A stretch of 63,932 nt of DNA, counting the filler, from Diploschistes diacapsis (Eukaryota): NCBI GenBank assembly GCA_023645945.1. It is 29 parts of 29 records of this genome, joined end to end, with 100 filler letters (N's around TTAATTAATTAA, not from the genome) between each part and the next. Parts side by side here need not be neighbours in the genome. Positions count along the whole stretch, not along the records: positions 1 to 1,429 come from JALAIB010003111.1; positions 1,530 to 2,957 come from JALAIB010003112.1; positions 3,058 to 4,485 come from JALAIB010003113.1; positions 4,586 to 6,012 come from JALAIB010003114.1; positions 6,113 to 7,539 come from JALAIB010003115.1; positions 7,640 to 9,065 come from JALAIB010003116.1; positions 9,166 to 10,591 come from JALAIB010003117.1; positions 10,692 to 12,116 come from JALAIB010003118.1; 21 more parts are not named here. One strand, given 5' to 3'. Under the pieces are notes generated by a model. It made no database searches. It saw only the letters and a list, made by a program, of their open reading frames with translations, and was not told where the DNA came from. Both the position numbers and the translations under genes were made by a program. This document shows, in pieces, positions 1 through 11,244 of the stretch (the stretch's first letter is position 1; every line of letters starts with the position of its first letter).

Positions 1-240
1 ATAAGAACGCGTTATGATTCTTATAAGTCGGGATATATTTATTTTTATAAATATTTTTAGCGATTATTTGAGATCAATTTATATTCGTTTATTTTTATTA
101 TTAGATAATAATCTTTCTAGAGATCAGAACAGACCTATTACCGATCTATTTCTTCTCCTTCCATACTCCTCTTCTACCAGAGACCCAACCCACCTTGATC
201 AATACCTCGTGTCTACGTTGTAGAGATAGAGATCATAACA
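1..240 (+). mobile_element. LTR family A (Gypsy-associated), 3' part
   Basis: Ends in ...GAGATCATAACA and matches the 747-1200 copy. Confidence 0.85.
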
Positions 241-506
241 ATGATATGTTTAAATAAATTTCCTTTGGCTTGATTAAAGCAGATTTGAAAAGATTCAAAA
301 ATCCACTTTTTCGAGTCGTCATTTTTAATTCGCTTAAAAAAACTAAATAATGACGTAATCAATGTGCACTTCTTATATTTGATAGGTAATTGATTGAAAA
401 GTAATATTTAGAAAAAAAAATAAAAATAACTATTAATTCCGAAGAATTATTGAAGATTTAAAATATTTCTTGGCAAAAGTGGCCCACTTCCCCGTCAAAC
501 ACGTTA
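241..506 (-). mobile_element. pogo/Fot1-like transposon terminus
   Basis: Ends GGCCCACTTCCCCGTCAAACACGT-TA; reverse complement of the terminus at 13360-13641. Confidence 0.7.
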
Positions 507-746
507 TCTTAATAAATAAGACCTCTAGACTTCAATATATCCATTACGTTACTCAACATTTTATCTATTTAACTAATCGAGATATATTAATACTTTTATC
601 GCTTATTATTCGTCGATATTAAACCGCGATTTATTTATATTTTATACGTTTAAAAAATCGTAATCATATTATTCGAATGTCGTTTTAATTACGATAAATT
701 AACGTTTTATACGTTTATAAAAATTTTTTTATAGCGAGCGTGTTTA

Positions 747-1200
747 TGTTACGATCCAAGTAACTAGGTGGTAGCCACTTGGCACTTCACAGCTGATCGG
801 GCCTAACCTAGTTATTCCTTGTATATAGTCCAATCATAGTGACACCGGTCACGTGATGAATAGAAAGCCTTGAAGGCTATTTTATCTTTTGTAGATAGAA
901 CGGGAGAACGGTAATTCTATTTATTTATTAATTTATTTCGCTAAAAAATAGTTAATTATATAAGAACTTTTATTATAATTCTTTTAAATCCTGGTATGTT
1001 TATTTTTATAGATATCCTTAGTTATTACTCGGGATTAATTTATATTCGTTATTTTTATTATTAGAGCCTTCTTTATAGAGATAGTCTAAGATTTATGATT
1101 GTTCTATTTTCTTCTCTTGCTTGCACTCTTCTTCTAAACGAGATTAAATTCATCTTGATTAATACCTCGTGTCTATCTTGTAGAGATAGAGATTATAACA
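747..1200 (+). mobile_element. LTR family A, full-length (~454 bp), probably solo
   Basis: TGTTACGATC...GATTATAACA inverted termini; flanks GTTTA/GATTA (imperfect 5-bp TSD); contains CACGTG and a TATATA core. Confidence 0.85.
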
Positions 1201-1429
1201 GATTATCGCGTATTAAAATATTCTTTCGCTTAAGAATTCCGTAAGTTTATTATAATAAAAAAAAAGCTTACTCGCAAATATCGTAATTATAATACGGAGT
1301 AAGATAACTTTTCCGAAAATAAGGATAATTCGATTAAATCTGAACCCGAATTTGAATCTTAATTAGAATATGATGATAATATTGGTAATACGATAATAAA
1401 TACTATTATTAAGAATAAAACTATTCTTA

Positions 1430-1529
1430 NNNNNNNNNNNNNNNNNNNNNNNNNNNNNNNNNNNNNNNNNNNNTTAATTAATTAANNNNNNNNNNNNNNN
1501 NNNNNNNNNNNNNNNNNNNNNNNNNNNNN
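1430..1529. other. Artificial contig linker (N44-TTAATTAATTAA-N44); 28 copies in the window
   Basis: Identical 100-bp unit with stops in all six frames separates contigs of steadily decreasing length (~1429 to ~1415 bp) plus one 21.3-kb contig. Confidence 0.98.
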
Positions 1530-1599
1530 CAGCAACAACGGAACCCGCATATCTACTTTATAAAGATATTTCTTTATAATAAATACAGTTATCGGCGAA

Positions 1600-1776
1600 T
1601 AAAAAATTTTAAATCTCTTTTCACGAGGTCATGAAATTTAATAATATAATCTCAAAAGTATGACCTATATAGTATATTTAAGGGAAAAAGTTTTCGATAT
1701 TCTTTCAAGTTTTATCCCTATACGGCGTTAAGTTAGAAAAAAGATATTAATAATAGATTTAAATCTTCATTATATC
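1600..1776 (+). mobile_element. RIP-degraded LINE AP-endonuclease fragment (tentative)
   Basis: Translates ILIIDLNLHY, resembling the GDFNLHH motif after RIP. Confidence 0.4.
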
Positions 1777-1855
1777 TAACGTATATGCATAGCGAGCGGA
1801 CACTCATAGCGAGCGGACACTCATAGCGAGCGGACACTCATAGCGAGCGGACACC
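1777..1855 (+). repeat. pogo-type terminus (TA-ACGT...) with four tandem 17-bp repeats CATAGCGAGCGGACACT
   Basis: Four near-perfect units at 1788-1855 directly after TAACGTATATG. Confidence 0.75.
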
Positions 1856-1988
1856 CTTCTCGATTCGTACGAATTGCAATTATATTTACGCAATCAATTC
1901 TTACTATAATTTATTATATTAATGGGCCAGATGGAAATAGTATACCACGAGACATACCTGACGATCAGAACAACCAGAATGATAGAAG

Positions 1989-2932
1989 TGTTATGATCTC
2001 TATCTCTACAACGTAGACACGAGGTATTGATTAAAGTGGGTTTGGTCTCTGGTAGAAGAGGAGTATAAAAGGAGAAGAAGTAGATCGGTTATAGACCTAT
2101 ACTGATTTCTAGAAAAATAGCTTTCTAATAATAGAAGTAAGGAATATAAATTGATCTCGAGTAATCGCTAAAGATGTTTATGAAAGTAAACATATCCCGA
2201 TTTATAAGAGTTATAGCGCGTTTTTATATAATTTAGGGCGACAGTTGGTTGCCGACAGCAGAACTGTTGCGATAGAACTATTATTAATAGATAGTTATTT
2301 AAATATATTTATTTTTAATAAATATCTGTTACTGGATATCTGTTAGTCACGTGATCTAGCGTCCATAGTTGGCTATATATAAAAAATGATTAGGAAGTGC
2401 CCGACTAGCTGTAACGTATTAAGTGACCATTTAGTATTTTAAATCGTAATATTATTTCTTTTTTTTAGCCTTGTCGGCCCGACAAGTTTCGAAGAATAAA
2501 TATAAATATTAAATAAAATAGAATAGAATTTTAAATCGTGAGATAACGATCTTCTTTAACTTTTCGTAATTATAAGCTTGTCGATCGTATTTCTCGAGTA
2601 AGTAAAACCGTTAATTTCTTTTATTTCTATTGTTTTGTTTTTTACCGTTATATTATTATGTCGTTCATTTCTTCTCGCTGCGAAAGGTGTGTTTATCTTA
2701 AGTAGAAGAATTATATGTCGATATTTTAAGAGGTTATAAATAGGGTGCGCGTTTAGGCGGAATCTCGATTAGAATTAAAAAAAAGAAAAGGCGAAAGCTG
2801 TTCTTTTAATTAATAGAACATAAGGCCCGGATATAAAAATTACGAAAGATTCTAAAATTAATCGAAAAAAAATCTATAGAATAGGTTAAGTGCCTTGTTG
2901 ATCAATTGGATGAAGAAGCTGAGGCGGTTGGT
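1989..2932 (-). mobile_element. Gypsy 3' end: 3' LTR family A (1989-2451), PPT and 3' region with antisense ORF
   Basis: LTR is abutted by a pyrimidine tract (minus-strand PPT); same arrangement at 5104-6012. Confidence 0.8.
2543..2930 (+). pseudogene. Retrotransposon-borne Zn2Cys6-like plus coiled-coil ORF (RIP-mutated)
   Basis: 2622-2714 reads YFYC-FVFYR-Y-IIMSFISSR-CERC-VYLK*KN-Y; TAT positions are consistent with TGT; coiled-coil-like tail follows. Confidence 0.65.
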
Positions 2933-3057
2933 TAGGCTGGCCGTTGCGTGCCACGGTNNNNNNNNNNNNNNNNNNNNNNNNNNNNNNNNNNNNNNNNNNN
3001 NTTAATTAATTAANNNNNNNNNNNNNNNNNNNNNNNNNNNNNNNNNNNNNNNNNNNN

Positions 3058-3567
3058 CATCTGTATGGCGCGATAGTAGACTATGTTACTTCCGAGGTGA
3101 CCTTTAAATCGAATTATTGTAATTATTTATGATTATTTTCTGTTAAAGAACGAAAGAAAGTCGAAAAAGTTTCAATTATATTTCAATTAAATCCCGAAAT
3201 AATTAGAATTAATAAATTTTTGATTATTAAAATCTTACCGCGTGGAACAGTAGATAGTAATAATAAAATTAATATAAAGAATTTAATTTACTTGCCCGCC
3301 CTCCGTGAAACCAATAAACGAGTTTATACGAATAATAATTTTAATAGAATCTTCGCGATCAACGCGATAACCTTCAATATCGCCAATCGATAAATCGGGA
3401 TAGAAATATTTATTATCTCGATAAAAGAGATCGATTAATAATTAAAAAAAACGATAAGAAATAATAATAAAAAACCCTCGCGAGTCAATACTTAAAAATT
3501 ATCACGATTATTTAAACGTGTTTAATTACGAAAGAATTAACGAATTATTTCCGTATCGACTTTAATA
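3058..3567 (+). mobile_element. Gypsy pol fragment (protease-RT junction)
   Basis: KNYHDYLNVFNYERINELFPYR resembles the YHDYLDVF...LPPHR segment that precedes RT. Confidence 0.55.
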
Positions 3568-4159
3568 TAGGCTGGCCGTCACTGACACTGACACGGCCGT
3601 GTCAGTGACACGGACACTAACAGTGTCAATATCCGTGTTTTAGTTTTTTTAACTACGGTGTCCGTGTCCGTGGATTCACGGAAGTGCAGTATCCGTATCA
3701 GTATCAATGTTTTAAAATTTTTAATTATAGTGTCCGTGTCTGTGTTTTTAATATAATGTAGTGTCCGTGTTAATATCCGTGTCGAAAATTTTTTTATTGC
3801 GGTGTCCGTGTCCGTGCATTCACCGAAACACTTTAAATTATTTTTTTAATTTTAATAATTCTGGAATTATCACGTCTATTTTTTACGCTTTTATTTTTTT
3901 AAAAAAATTTCACTGCGGTGTTTCGGTGGATTTATCGCAGTATTTCGGTGGATTCACGGAAATGCAGTGTCCGTGTCAGTATTAGTGTTTTAAAATTTTT
4001 AATTGTAGTGTCCGTGTCCGTGCTTTTATTATAGTGTAGTGTCCGTGTCAGTGTCCGTGTTTTAAAATTTTAGCTGTCGTGTCCGTGTTAATGTCCGTGT
4101 TTTGAAAATTTTTGCTGCAGTGTCCGTGTCAGTGACCGTGGCACGAAACGGCCAGCCTA
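3568..4159. mobile_element. Non-autonomous TIR element (MITE family B, hAT-like), 592 bp
   Basis: TIR TAGGCTGGCCGT...ACGGCCAGCCTA with dense GTGTCCGTGT internal motifs. Partial copies at 2933-2957, 39714-39976, 42761-43225, 44284-44391, 45436-45705 and 59485-60027. Confidence 0.85.
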
Positions 4160-4445
4160 GTTAATTACCGATTCAAATTATTAAAAAACGCGAAAGTTTA
4201 TTTAATATTCTATTCACGATATTTCGAATTAATATATCTAGAAATATCGTTGTAAAAAACCTTCTACTTTAAATCAGACAACGAAAACGAATACAAAGTC
4301 GAAAAGATTCTGGATAATAATTTTAAGAGATTTTTTATTAAATAAAAAAGATACCCATCGAAATAGAACACGTGAGAACTTCTAAAGAACTTGAATAATT
4401 ATAAAAAGAAGATAAAGGAATATCGTAAACTTAATCAACCTAAAA
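4160..4445 (+). mobile_element. Gypsy integrase C-terminus with chromodomain (RIP-mutated)
   Basis: NEYKVEKILD..FIK*KRYPSK*NT*ELLKNL matches the chromodomain pattern EYEVEKILD..KWKGYP..NTWEP. Confidence 0.85.
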
Positions 4446-4585
4446 AAATAGAAACTTCATTCCTTAAAAACTAATTTAATTAAACNNNNNNNNNNNNNNN
4501 NNNNNNNNNNNNNNNNNNNNNNNNNNNNNTTAATTAATTAANNNNNNNNNNNNNNNNNNNNNNNNNNNNNNNNNNNNNNNNNNNN

Positions 4586-5103
4586 AAATAAGATTACTGG
4601 ATTAGAATTTTGTTACCGCACTAATTATATAAAAAACACATAAAATACAAGATATATAAATAACGATATTATAAATCTCGATACCTTAATTAACAAATTC
4701 CGGTCCAATTAAAAGAAAGGAACTAAAAGATTTAACGAAAGACCTTCAATTAAAAGAAAGAAATATTTTAAATGTAACAAAATAAGCCACTTCGTTCGAG
4801 ATTATAGATCCAAAAATAAAATTATTAAAAAAAATATCTTAATAACGATAGATCAGTATTATCTTAACGTAACTATAATTATCCTTATAGAAAATTATCC
4901 GACCGACGGATAACCCTAAAAGGAAGTTATAATTAATTCGGACACCATAGTTTGACAAAGCGACACCGACGATTCAATTAATGAAAATATTAAAACCACG
5001 TTTTCGCAGATTATAATATCAATTACGTAGGTTTCGAAAAACAACGATATTCCGAATCTAAATATAATGAAATACAAGGAATCGACTTAGACATGCGATC
5101 TAA
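4586..5103 (+). mobile_element. Retrotransposon gag fragment with CCHC zinc knuckle
   Basis: CNKISHFVRDYR at ~4773-4808, equivalent to C..GHF.RDCR after RIP. Confidence 0.6.
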
Positions 5104-6012
5104 TGTTATGATCTCTATCTATACAAGGTATACACGAGTAGAATCAAGGTGGGTTTAGTCTCTATTAGAAGAGGAGTGTGGCAGGAAAAGAAGATAAAGT
5201 AGTTATAGATCTTGAACTATCTTTAAAAAGAAAATTCTTTAATAATAAAAATAATAAATATAAATTAATCTCGAATAATAATTAAAAATATTTATAAAAG
5301 TAAACACACCCTTTTTCACGAAAATAGAACCGTGTTTATATATAATTAACTCGCTCGTCGCTTATCGTAAATCTAACGAGCGATATTTTCGAGGCTCGCC
5401 GCTTACGAAAATAAACGCGATTATCGAGCGGTGACGAAAGCTTATTCGCCGCTTACGAGAATAAGCGCGAATAATAAACGCATCACGTAACCTTTAATCC
5501 CGTAATTAACCTATATATAAAACTAAAACGTATTAAATCTGATACTTAGATCGTAATATTATCCCCTTTTTTCAGCATTATCGGCCCGATAATTCGCCGA
5601 AAGATCTAATATAAATATTAAATAAAAAAAAATCTTAAGTCGTAAAATAACGATATTTCTTTTAACTTCTCGTAATCGGTTCGTTAAACGAATTTAACTT
5701 TCCCGTTCTATCGTTCGTTATAAAATCCTTATTATTTCTTTTTATAAATATGGTTTTTTTAACGATAAGTTTTGCTTTATTATATCGTCCGGTTTTAGAG
5801 TCTTGAAATGTTCGAAATATATACGCCGTGATCGTCTTTACGTAAAAATATTATAAACTCGTTTAAAACGGATATAAAATATATTAAAACGGTCTATATA
5901 AAAGGATATTAATCGGTTTCTCGAACTTACTTGTCGTATCGAACGGAATAAATTTCTTTTATAAAAGATATAAGCCCGTATTGATGTAAAAATAAAATAT
6001 TTAACGGAATTA
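5104..6012 (-). mobile_element. Gypsy 3' end: LTR A variant (5104-5558), PPT and antisense ORF
   Basis: TTATCCCCTTTTTT immediately after the LTR is a minus-strand PPT (AAAAAAGGGGATAA). Confidence 0.8.
5647..6012 (+). pseudogene. Antisense Zn2Cys6-like plus coiled-coil ORF, second subfamily
   Basis: YKYGFFNDKFCFIISSGFRVLKCSKYIRRDRLYVKIL*TRL followed by a helical tail. Confidence 0.65.
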
Positions 6013-6112
6013 NNNNNNNNNNNNNNNNNNNNNNNNNNNNNNNNNNNNNNNNNNNNTTAATTAATTAANNNNNNNNNNNNNNNNNNNNNNNNNNNNNNNN
6101 NNNNNNNNNNNN

Positions 6113-6421
6113 AATATTCCGTTAAGATAAACCAAAATATCGTTTAAATAAAAAATAACGTACTCGTTTAAAACATCGCGTAATATAATATTTATAAATT
6201 CCTATTCGGTAATTAATACGTTAATAAATTTAAAAGATATTATTAAATATTCGAATAACTCGTAACGTGTTTTAAATATTATTTTTCATTCTTCGCCCTT
6301 TTTTATTCTTATGGGGTTGAAGTTTGCTCGTTAATCTAATTTCGTATATCATAATACGCCATATAATCGATCTCGTAACTTTTAAATATTCGATATAAGA
6401 TAACGATTTTTCACGATGATG
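6113..6421 (-). mobile_element. Gypsy reverse transcriptase fragment (RIP-mutated)
   Basis: TKLD*R..NPIRIKKGEE*KIIFKTRYELFEYLIISF...YVIFYLND, the EWKTAF..YLDD core. Confidence 0.9.
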
Positions 6422-6876
6422 TGTTATGATCTCTATCTCTACAATATAGACACGAGGTATTGATCAAGATAGGTTTAGTCTCTGTTAGAAGAAGAATGCA
6501 AGCAAGAGAAGAAGTAGATCGATAACAGGTCTGTTCTGATCTCTAAAAAGATTGCTATCCGTTAATAAAAATAACGAATATAAATTAATCCCGAGCAATC
6601 GCTAAGGATATTTATAAAAATGAACACACCAGGACTTACAAGAACCATAGCGACGTTCTTATATAACTAACTACTCCTTAACGGAGTAAATCAGTAAATA
6701 GATAGAATTACCGTTCTCCCGTTTTACTTATAAAGGGTAAAATAACCTTCAAGGCTTTCTATTCATCACGTGACCAGCGTTACCATAATTGGACTATATA
6801 TAAGGAGTGGTTGGGTTAGGCCCGATCAGCTGTGAAGTGCCAAGTGGACTACCACCTAGTCACTTGGATCGTAACA
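6422..6876 (-). mobile_element. LTR family A, full-length
   Basis: TGTTATGATC...GGATCGTAACA; reverse complement of 747-1200. Confidence 0.9.
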
Positions 6877-6949
6877 TAAAGTAACAAAACCCGCGTGAGA
6901 ATGTACTTTAGTTAACTAAAACTATTATAAAGAAGAAAAGTCAAACAAC

Positions 6950-7539
6950 CACTATCGCGCAGACTAAATAATACGGTGGTTAAGAAACGTTAATAACTTT
7001 ATTAATTTAGTTAATCCTAATATGTCAACGACGAGTCAACGACAGGTTAATTACGTGTTAACAACTCGTTAATAACAGATTAATATTATAAGGTCATTAA
7101 CGAATTCGAATACATTAATAATTCCGTGTTAATGACATAACGTGTTTCATCAGGAAACGGGTCATTCCATAAAAGGAATCATAATTCCTACATCTCTATA
7201 AAATATATTTCTTAAAAACCGAAGAAAGGGATAATATAATTAAAAACAGATTTAATTTCTTACAAATATGAAAACGCTAGATCTAGCGCAATTACATATA
7301 ATGTAATAACCCGCTTCGTGGAGTAACCCGTTTCCTAATAAAACACGTTATATCGTTAACACGGAAGTATCAATATATTCGAACTCGTTAATAACCCTAC
7401 AATATTAACCTGTTATTAATAAGCTATTGACACGTAATTAACCCGTCGTTGACGAGTTATTAATATATCAAAACTAACCGAGTCGATAAGATTACTAACG
7501 TCTTTCAACCATCGTATTATTTAATTTACGCGATAATAA
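6950..7539. repeat. Long inverted repeat centred on a 209-bp pogo-type MITE (7140-7348)
   Basis: 6950-7137 is the reverse complement of 7351-7539, differing mainly by transitions. MITE has TA-ACGTGTTT...AAACACGT-TA ends. Confidence 0.85.
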
Positions 7540-8280
7540 NNNNNNNNNNNNNNNNNNNNNNNNNNNNNNNNNNNNNNNNNNNNTTAATTAATTAANNNNN
7601 NNNNNNNNNNNNNNNNNNNNNNNNNNNNNNNNNNNNNNNATTTTATTTTTATCGAATCTTTATAATCATATCTGAGAACGAAGACGTCCCTACTACCTCT
7701 AAAGATGAAAGCATTCGCCCTAAAAAGGTAAAGATGGTGACGTATTATCGTATTATTGTTAACAAGCCAGCGTATCGTTATCTCGGAATATGAACTAAAA
7801 AAGTTCGTCTGTATCCGATATACGAAATAGATCCTAACCCGTCTATATTCTTATAACGGTATCTTAACGACTCGTCTAACTTACGACGTTTATTATAAAA
7901 AATATTATACTTATAAACCGGTAAGCCGACGAATCATAAACGAGATACCTATTAATTATTAAAATCTCGAATAAATACATTTCTTAAATTATAAAACTGC
8001 AAGCCATTCGTAATATCATTTTAAACGATAAGAAAACCGAGTAAGATATAAATAACAATAGCAAAGCGATGCAGGCCGATTTTAATAAAAGTATCGATAG
8101 ATATAAGCGGGCGGTTCGGAAAGTAAGAATAACTATTTCATCCTTTAAGTAAATAATGTCTTATTACGTTTCGCTGTTTAATCGTAATAGGCCCAAAGGT
8201 TCGACGATTACGAACCTCCTTATTTTACACGAACGAAAACGCGTTAATCGCCTAATAAAAAAGATCGAAATATAAGAGAA

Positions 8281-8661
8281 TGAAACGCCAGCGCAGGAAA
8301 GGATGCTACTCTACCGGGGGCTGGGCCTGATCCGGAAGGATTAGGTGTAGCTTAGGTATCTGCAGGTAAAAGGTCTCGATTCAAAAAGCTGAAAAAGAAA
8401 CTATTTAGGTGGGAAAAGGGTATCGTTAAGTAATATGGATGTTAGCCTACCGGGGTTCGAGGACTACCCATCTACACAGCCATCTCCTGACCCTGCCGTG
8501 TCTTGGTAAGCATCTGGGCATTAATCCTGCCGTGGCTTGGCAAGCACCAGGGCATTGACCCTGCCGTGGCTTGGCAGGCCCAGCTTGGCAAGCATTTGGG
8601 TATTGACCCTGCCGTGGCTTGGCAGGCCCAGCTTGGTAGGCCCTTGGGTTGGGCTGTTTTA
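8281..8661 (-). mobile_element. LTR family D2 (3' LTR) with internal ~30-45 bp tandem repeats
   Basis: TGAAAC...GTTTTA termini; minus-strand PPT GGAAAAAGGGGTAG abuts 8661; homologous to the solo LTR at 35468-35767. Confidence 0.8.
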
Positions 8662-9165
8662 CTACCCCTTTTTCCAGATGCTTGTATTTTTTATAAGCGC
8701 GATATTCTTTTTTAGTTAATTTTTATTTCGATCTTTATTTCTTTTTTTGATTTATTTAAAAGAATATTCGTTATTTTTTTATAATAGATGTTTTCGCTTT
8801 TTTAAATCTTTTTTAACGTCGTTTTTAATTAAATACGTTTTTAGATTCTATAAAAGAATGTAATCGTCGTAATAATCGATATTATTTTATTTTAAAGATT
8901 CGTTCCCGTTTATAGTTTTTATTGACGTAAGTTGTTTATCCTCGGGTATTATTAATTACGGAAATTTTATTTTTTCGGGATTTAATTAATAAAACTCCCG
9001 TAAGATCTTAAAAATATTTTTAAAATTAACGACGGGACATCACGAAAAGTTTTTGTTGGCGGAAANNNNNNNNNNNNNNNNNNNNNNNNNNNNNNNNNNN
9101 NNNNNNNNNTTAATTAATTAANNNNNNNNNNNNNNNNNNNNNNNNNNNNNNNNNNNNNNNNNNNN

Positions 9166-10283
9166 CGTAATATTCGTTCGGAAGTTATTAAAACGTTTAA
9201 CGAATAATTTAGTATTTAATATCGAAGACGTTAAAAACGTAATAACGATAAAGGTAAAGGTTTAGCTGAACGATACTAAATCTTTATTATTTGGACTTAC
9301 GGTAGATCATAGTATCTTAAAGGCCTCTGTTTCCGCTCCCTGTGATTAACCCGAACCAGATGAGGATGGCCGACGGTTAGTGAGGAGATTCTTGCGGGTC
9401 GAGGTTCCTAGGAAAAGAGTAACACGTGAACCTGAACCTGAATTTACTGAATCGAATATATTATTAAAGCCTCCTGCGTCAACAACGAGTATTGAACACG
9501 TTATTGACAATTTAATTACGTATGTAATACTTATCAACGTTATACTAACAACGTCCAGTATATAGGATTTATAAATAATGGATATGTAACAGCGGGGGTA
9601 GTGCCTAATGGGTAGCGTTATCCCACTGAGCCAAAAGACTGAACACAATGCTTTCAGGAACCCCGAAGCACTGTTTCCCTATTACACTATATGTAGGTGC
9701 GTGGCTGTGGCAGCAGGGAGACCTGAACCCCAGGGCGCACCTTTGGGCGTTACAGGATAATACGAACGACGTTTTAATAATTATAAATATTTAAAATATT
9801 AGAAAGCTATATGACACAAATATCATTATTAATAAACGACAGCGAGATATCGAATAATTCTCATTAATTAAAGTATTGAGAAGTTATATGGCGTTTATAA
9901 CTAATAAATAAGAAATAACGAGCGACGTTGATTCAAAACCGACGCGTGTCAGTATCCTAAGGAATTACAGGAAGGCCGTGAATGATCTAATTTTTGGGCA
10001 AGAATGGGAAGCAGTAGTAAAGAGAAAAAACGATTCTTTGTTATTGAATCAGATCTGGACTGAACCACCTAAACCACCTGAATCCATCAATATCGAAAAG
10101 TATAACTTCAATAAGGATATCGAGGGGTTTAGGGCCAGATTAATCGTAAAAGGGTTCTCGTAAAGACAGAAGATCGTTTTCGATGAGATATTTGATTTTA
10201 TTATTCGAATCAATTCGCTACGGATTTTATTAGCAGTCATAATAACTAAAGATCTAGAATGTTATTAAATGAACGTTAATAAC
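9166..10283 (+). mobile_element. Copia pol (start of RT), RIP-mutated, interrupted by a solo LTR
   Basis: PKELQEGR/NDLIFGQEWEAVVK...FRARLIVKGFS*RQKIVFDEIF...RILLAV..KDLECY*MNV; paralog at 44708-45435. Confidence 0.9.
9585..9754 (-). mobile_element. Solo LTR of TRIM family C (170 bp)
   Basis: TGTAAC...GTTACA with perfect TSD GGATA; empty site visible in the paralog near 45113. Confidence 0.95.
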
Positions 10284-10591
10284 TGTTACGATCCAAGGTA
10301 CTAGTCGGTAATACTTGGCACGCAACAGCTAGTCGGGCACTTCCCAACCATTTCTTGTATATAGTCCAATCAGGGTGATAAGGGTCACGTGATGAGTAGA
10401 AGGTCTGGGAGACCATTCTACCCAATCGTGGGTAGAAAGAAAGAACGATAATTTTATTTATTTAGTCATTTACTCTATGAAAGGAGCTGTTAACTATATA
10501 AGAACGCTATTATAGTCTTTATAAGTTTAGAACGTGTTCATTTTTATAAACATCTTAAGTTATTATTCGGGATTAATCTATATTCGTTATC
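10284..10591 (+). mobile_element. LTR family A, truncated by contig end
   Basis: Starts TGTTACGATCCAAGG, inside the Copia RT. Confidence 0.85.
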
Positions 10592-10691
10592 NNNNNNNNN
10601 NNNNNNNNNNNNNNNNNNNNNNNNNNNNNNNNNNNTTAATTAATTAANNNNNNNNNNNNNNNNNNNNNNNNNNNNNNNNNNNNNNNNNNNN

Positions 10692-11021
10692 TATAAAACG
10701 CTTCTTATTAACGTAAAAAACGTAAATTAAGTAAACGAATCGAATTAAAAGATCGTTTTATATTTAATATAAACGAAGTTTTTAAAATAATAATTCGAAT
10801 TAAATCGAGTCGGATAATTTCGAAACGACTTATAACGCGGAAAAAACGTTTTCGCGTTTTTGAAATCGAGAAGGATAAAGAGTAGGAAGATAGATTCGAT
10901 TTAGATCGATTAGATTCTAATTACGACGAATAAATTCTATCTAAAAACCGTAGAATGGTAGCAGTAGTGATTTAAGGTGGCCCACTCCTGGGGGTGGCCC
11001 ACTTCCCCGTCAAACAAGTTA
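10692..11021 (+). mobile_element. pogo/Fot1-like transposon 3' end
   Basis: KRIELKDRFIFNINEV transposase C-terminus followed by TIR ...CCCGTCAAACAAGT-TA. Confidence 0.85.
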
Positions 11022-11244
11022 TTAATAATAATTCTATTTTTAAAACCTTCGTTTCGAGTCGAACATGCTCGAATTAAAAATTTATTAAAAGAAAACAAAA
11101 TAGGTAACTATAATCGAATATATTTCAGCTATTAGCGGGGTATTACCGTCTATAATTGTTTTAAAGTATTACATATCAATATCAGCTAAATTCCAGCCGA
11201 AACGCCTCGAAACTAACTATTTAATATTAATAATTACAGATAAA

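Noticed and set aside
8503..8719. Repetitive 60-70 aa ORFs
   Set aside because: Translations of LTR tandem repeats.
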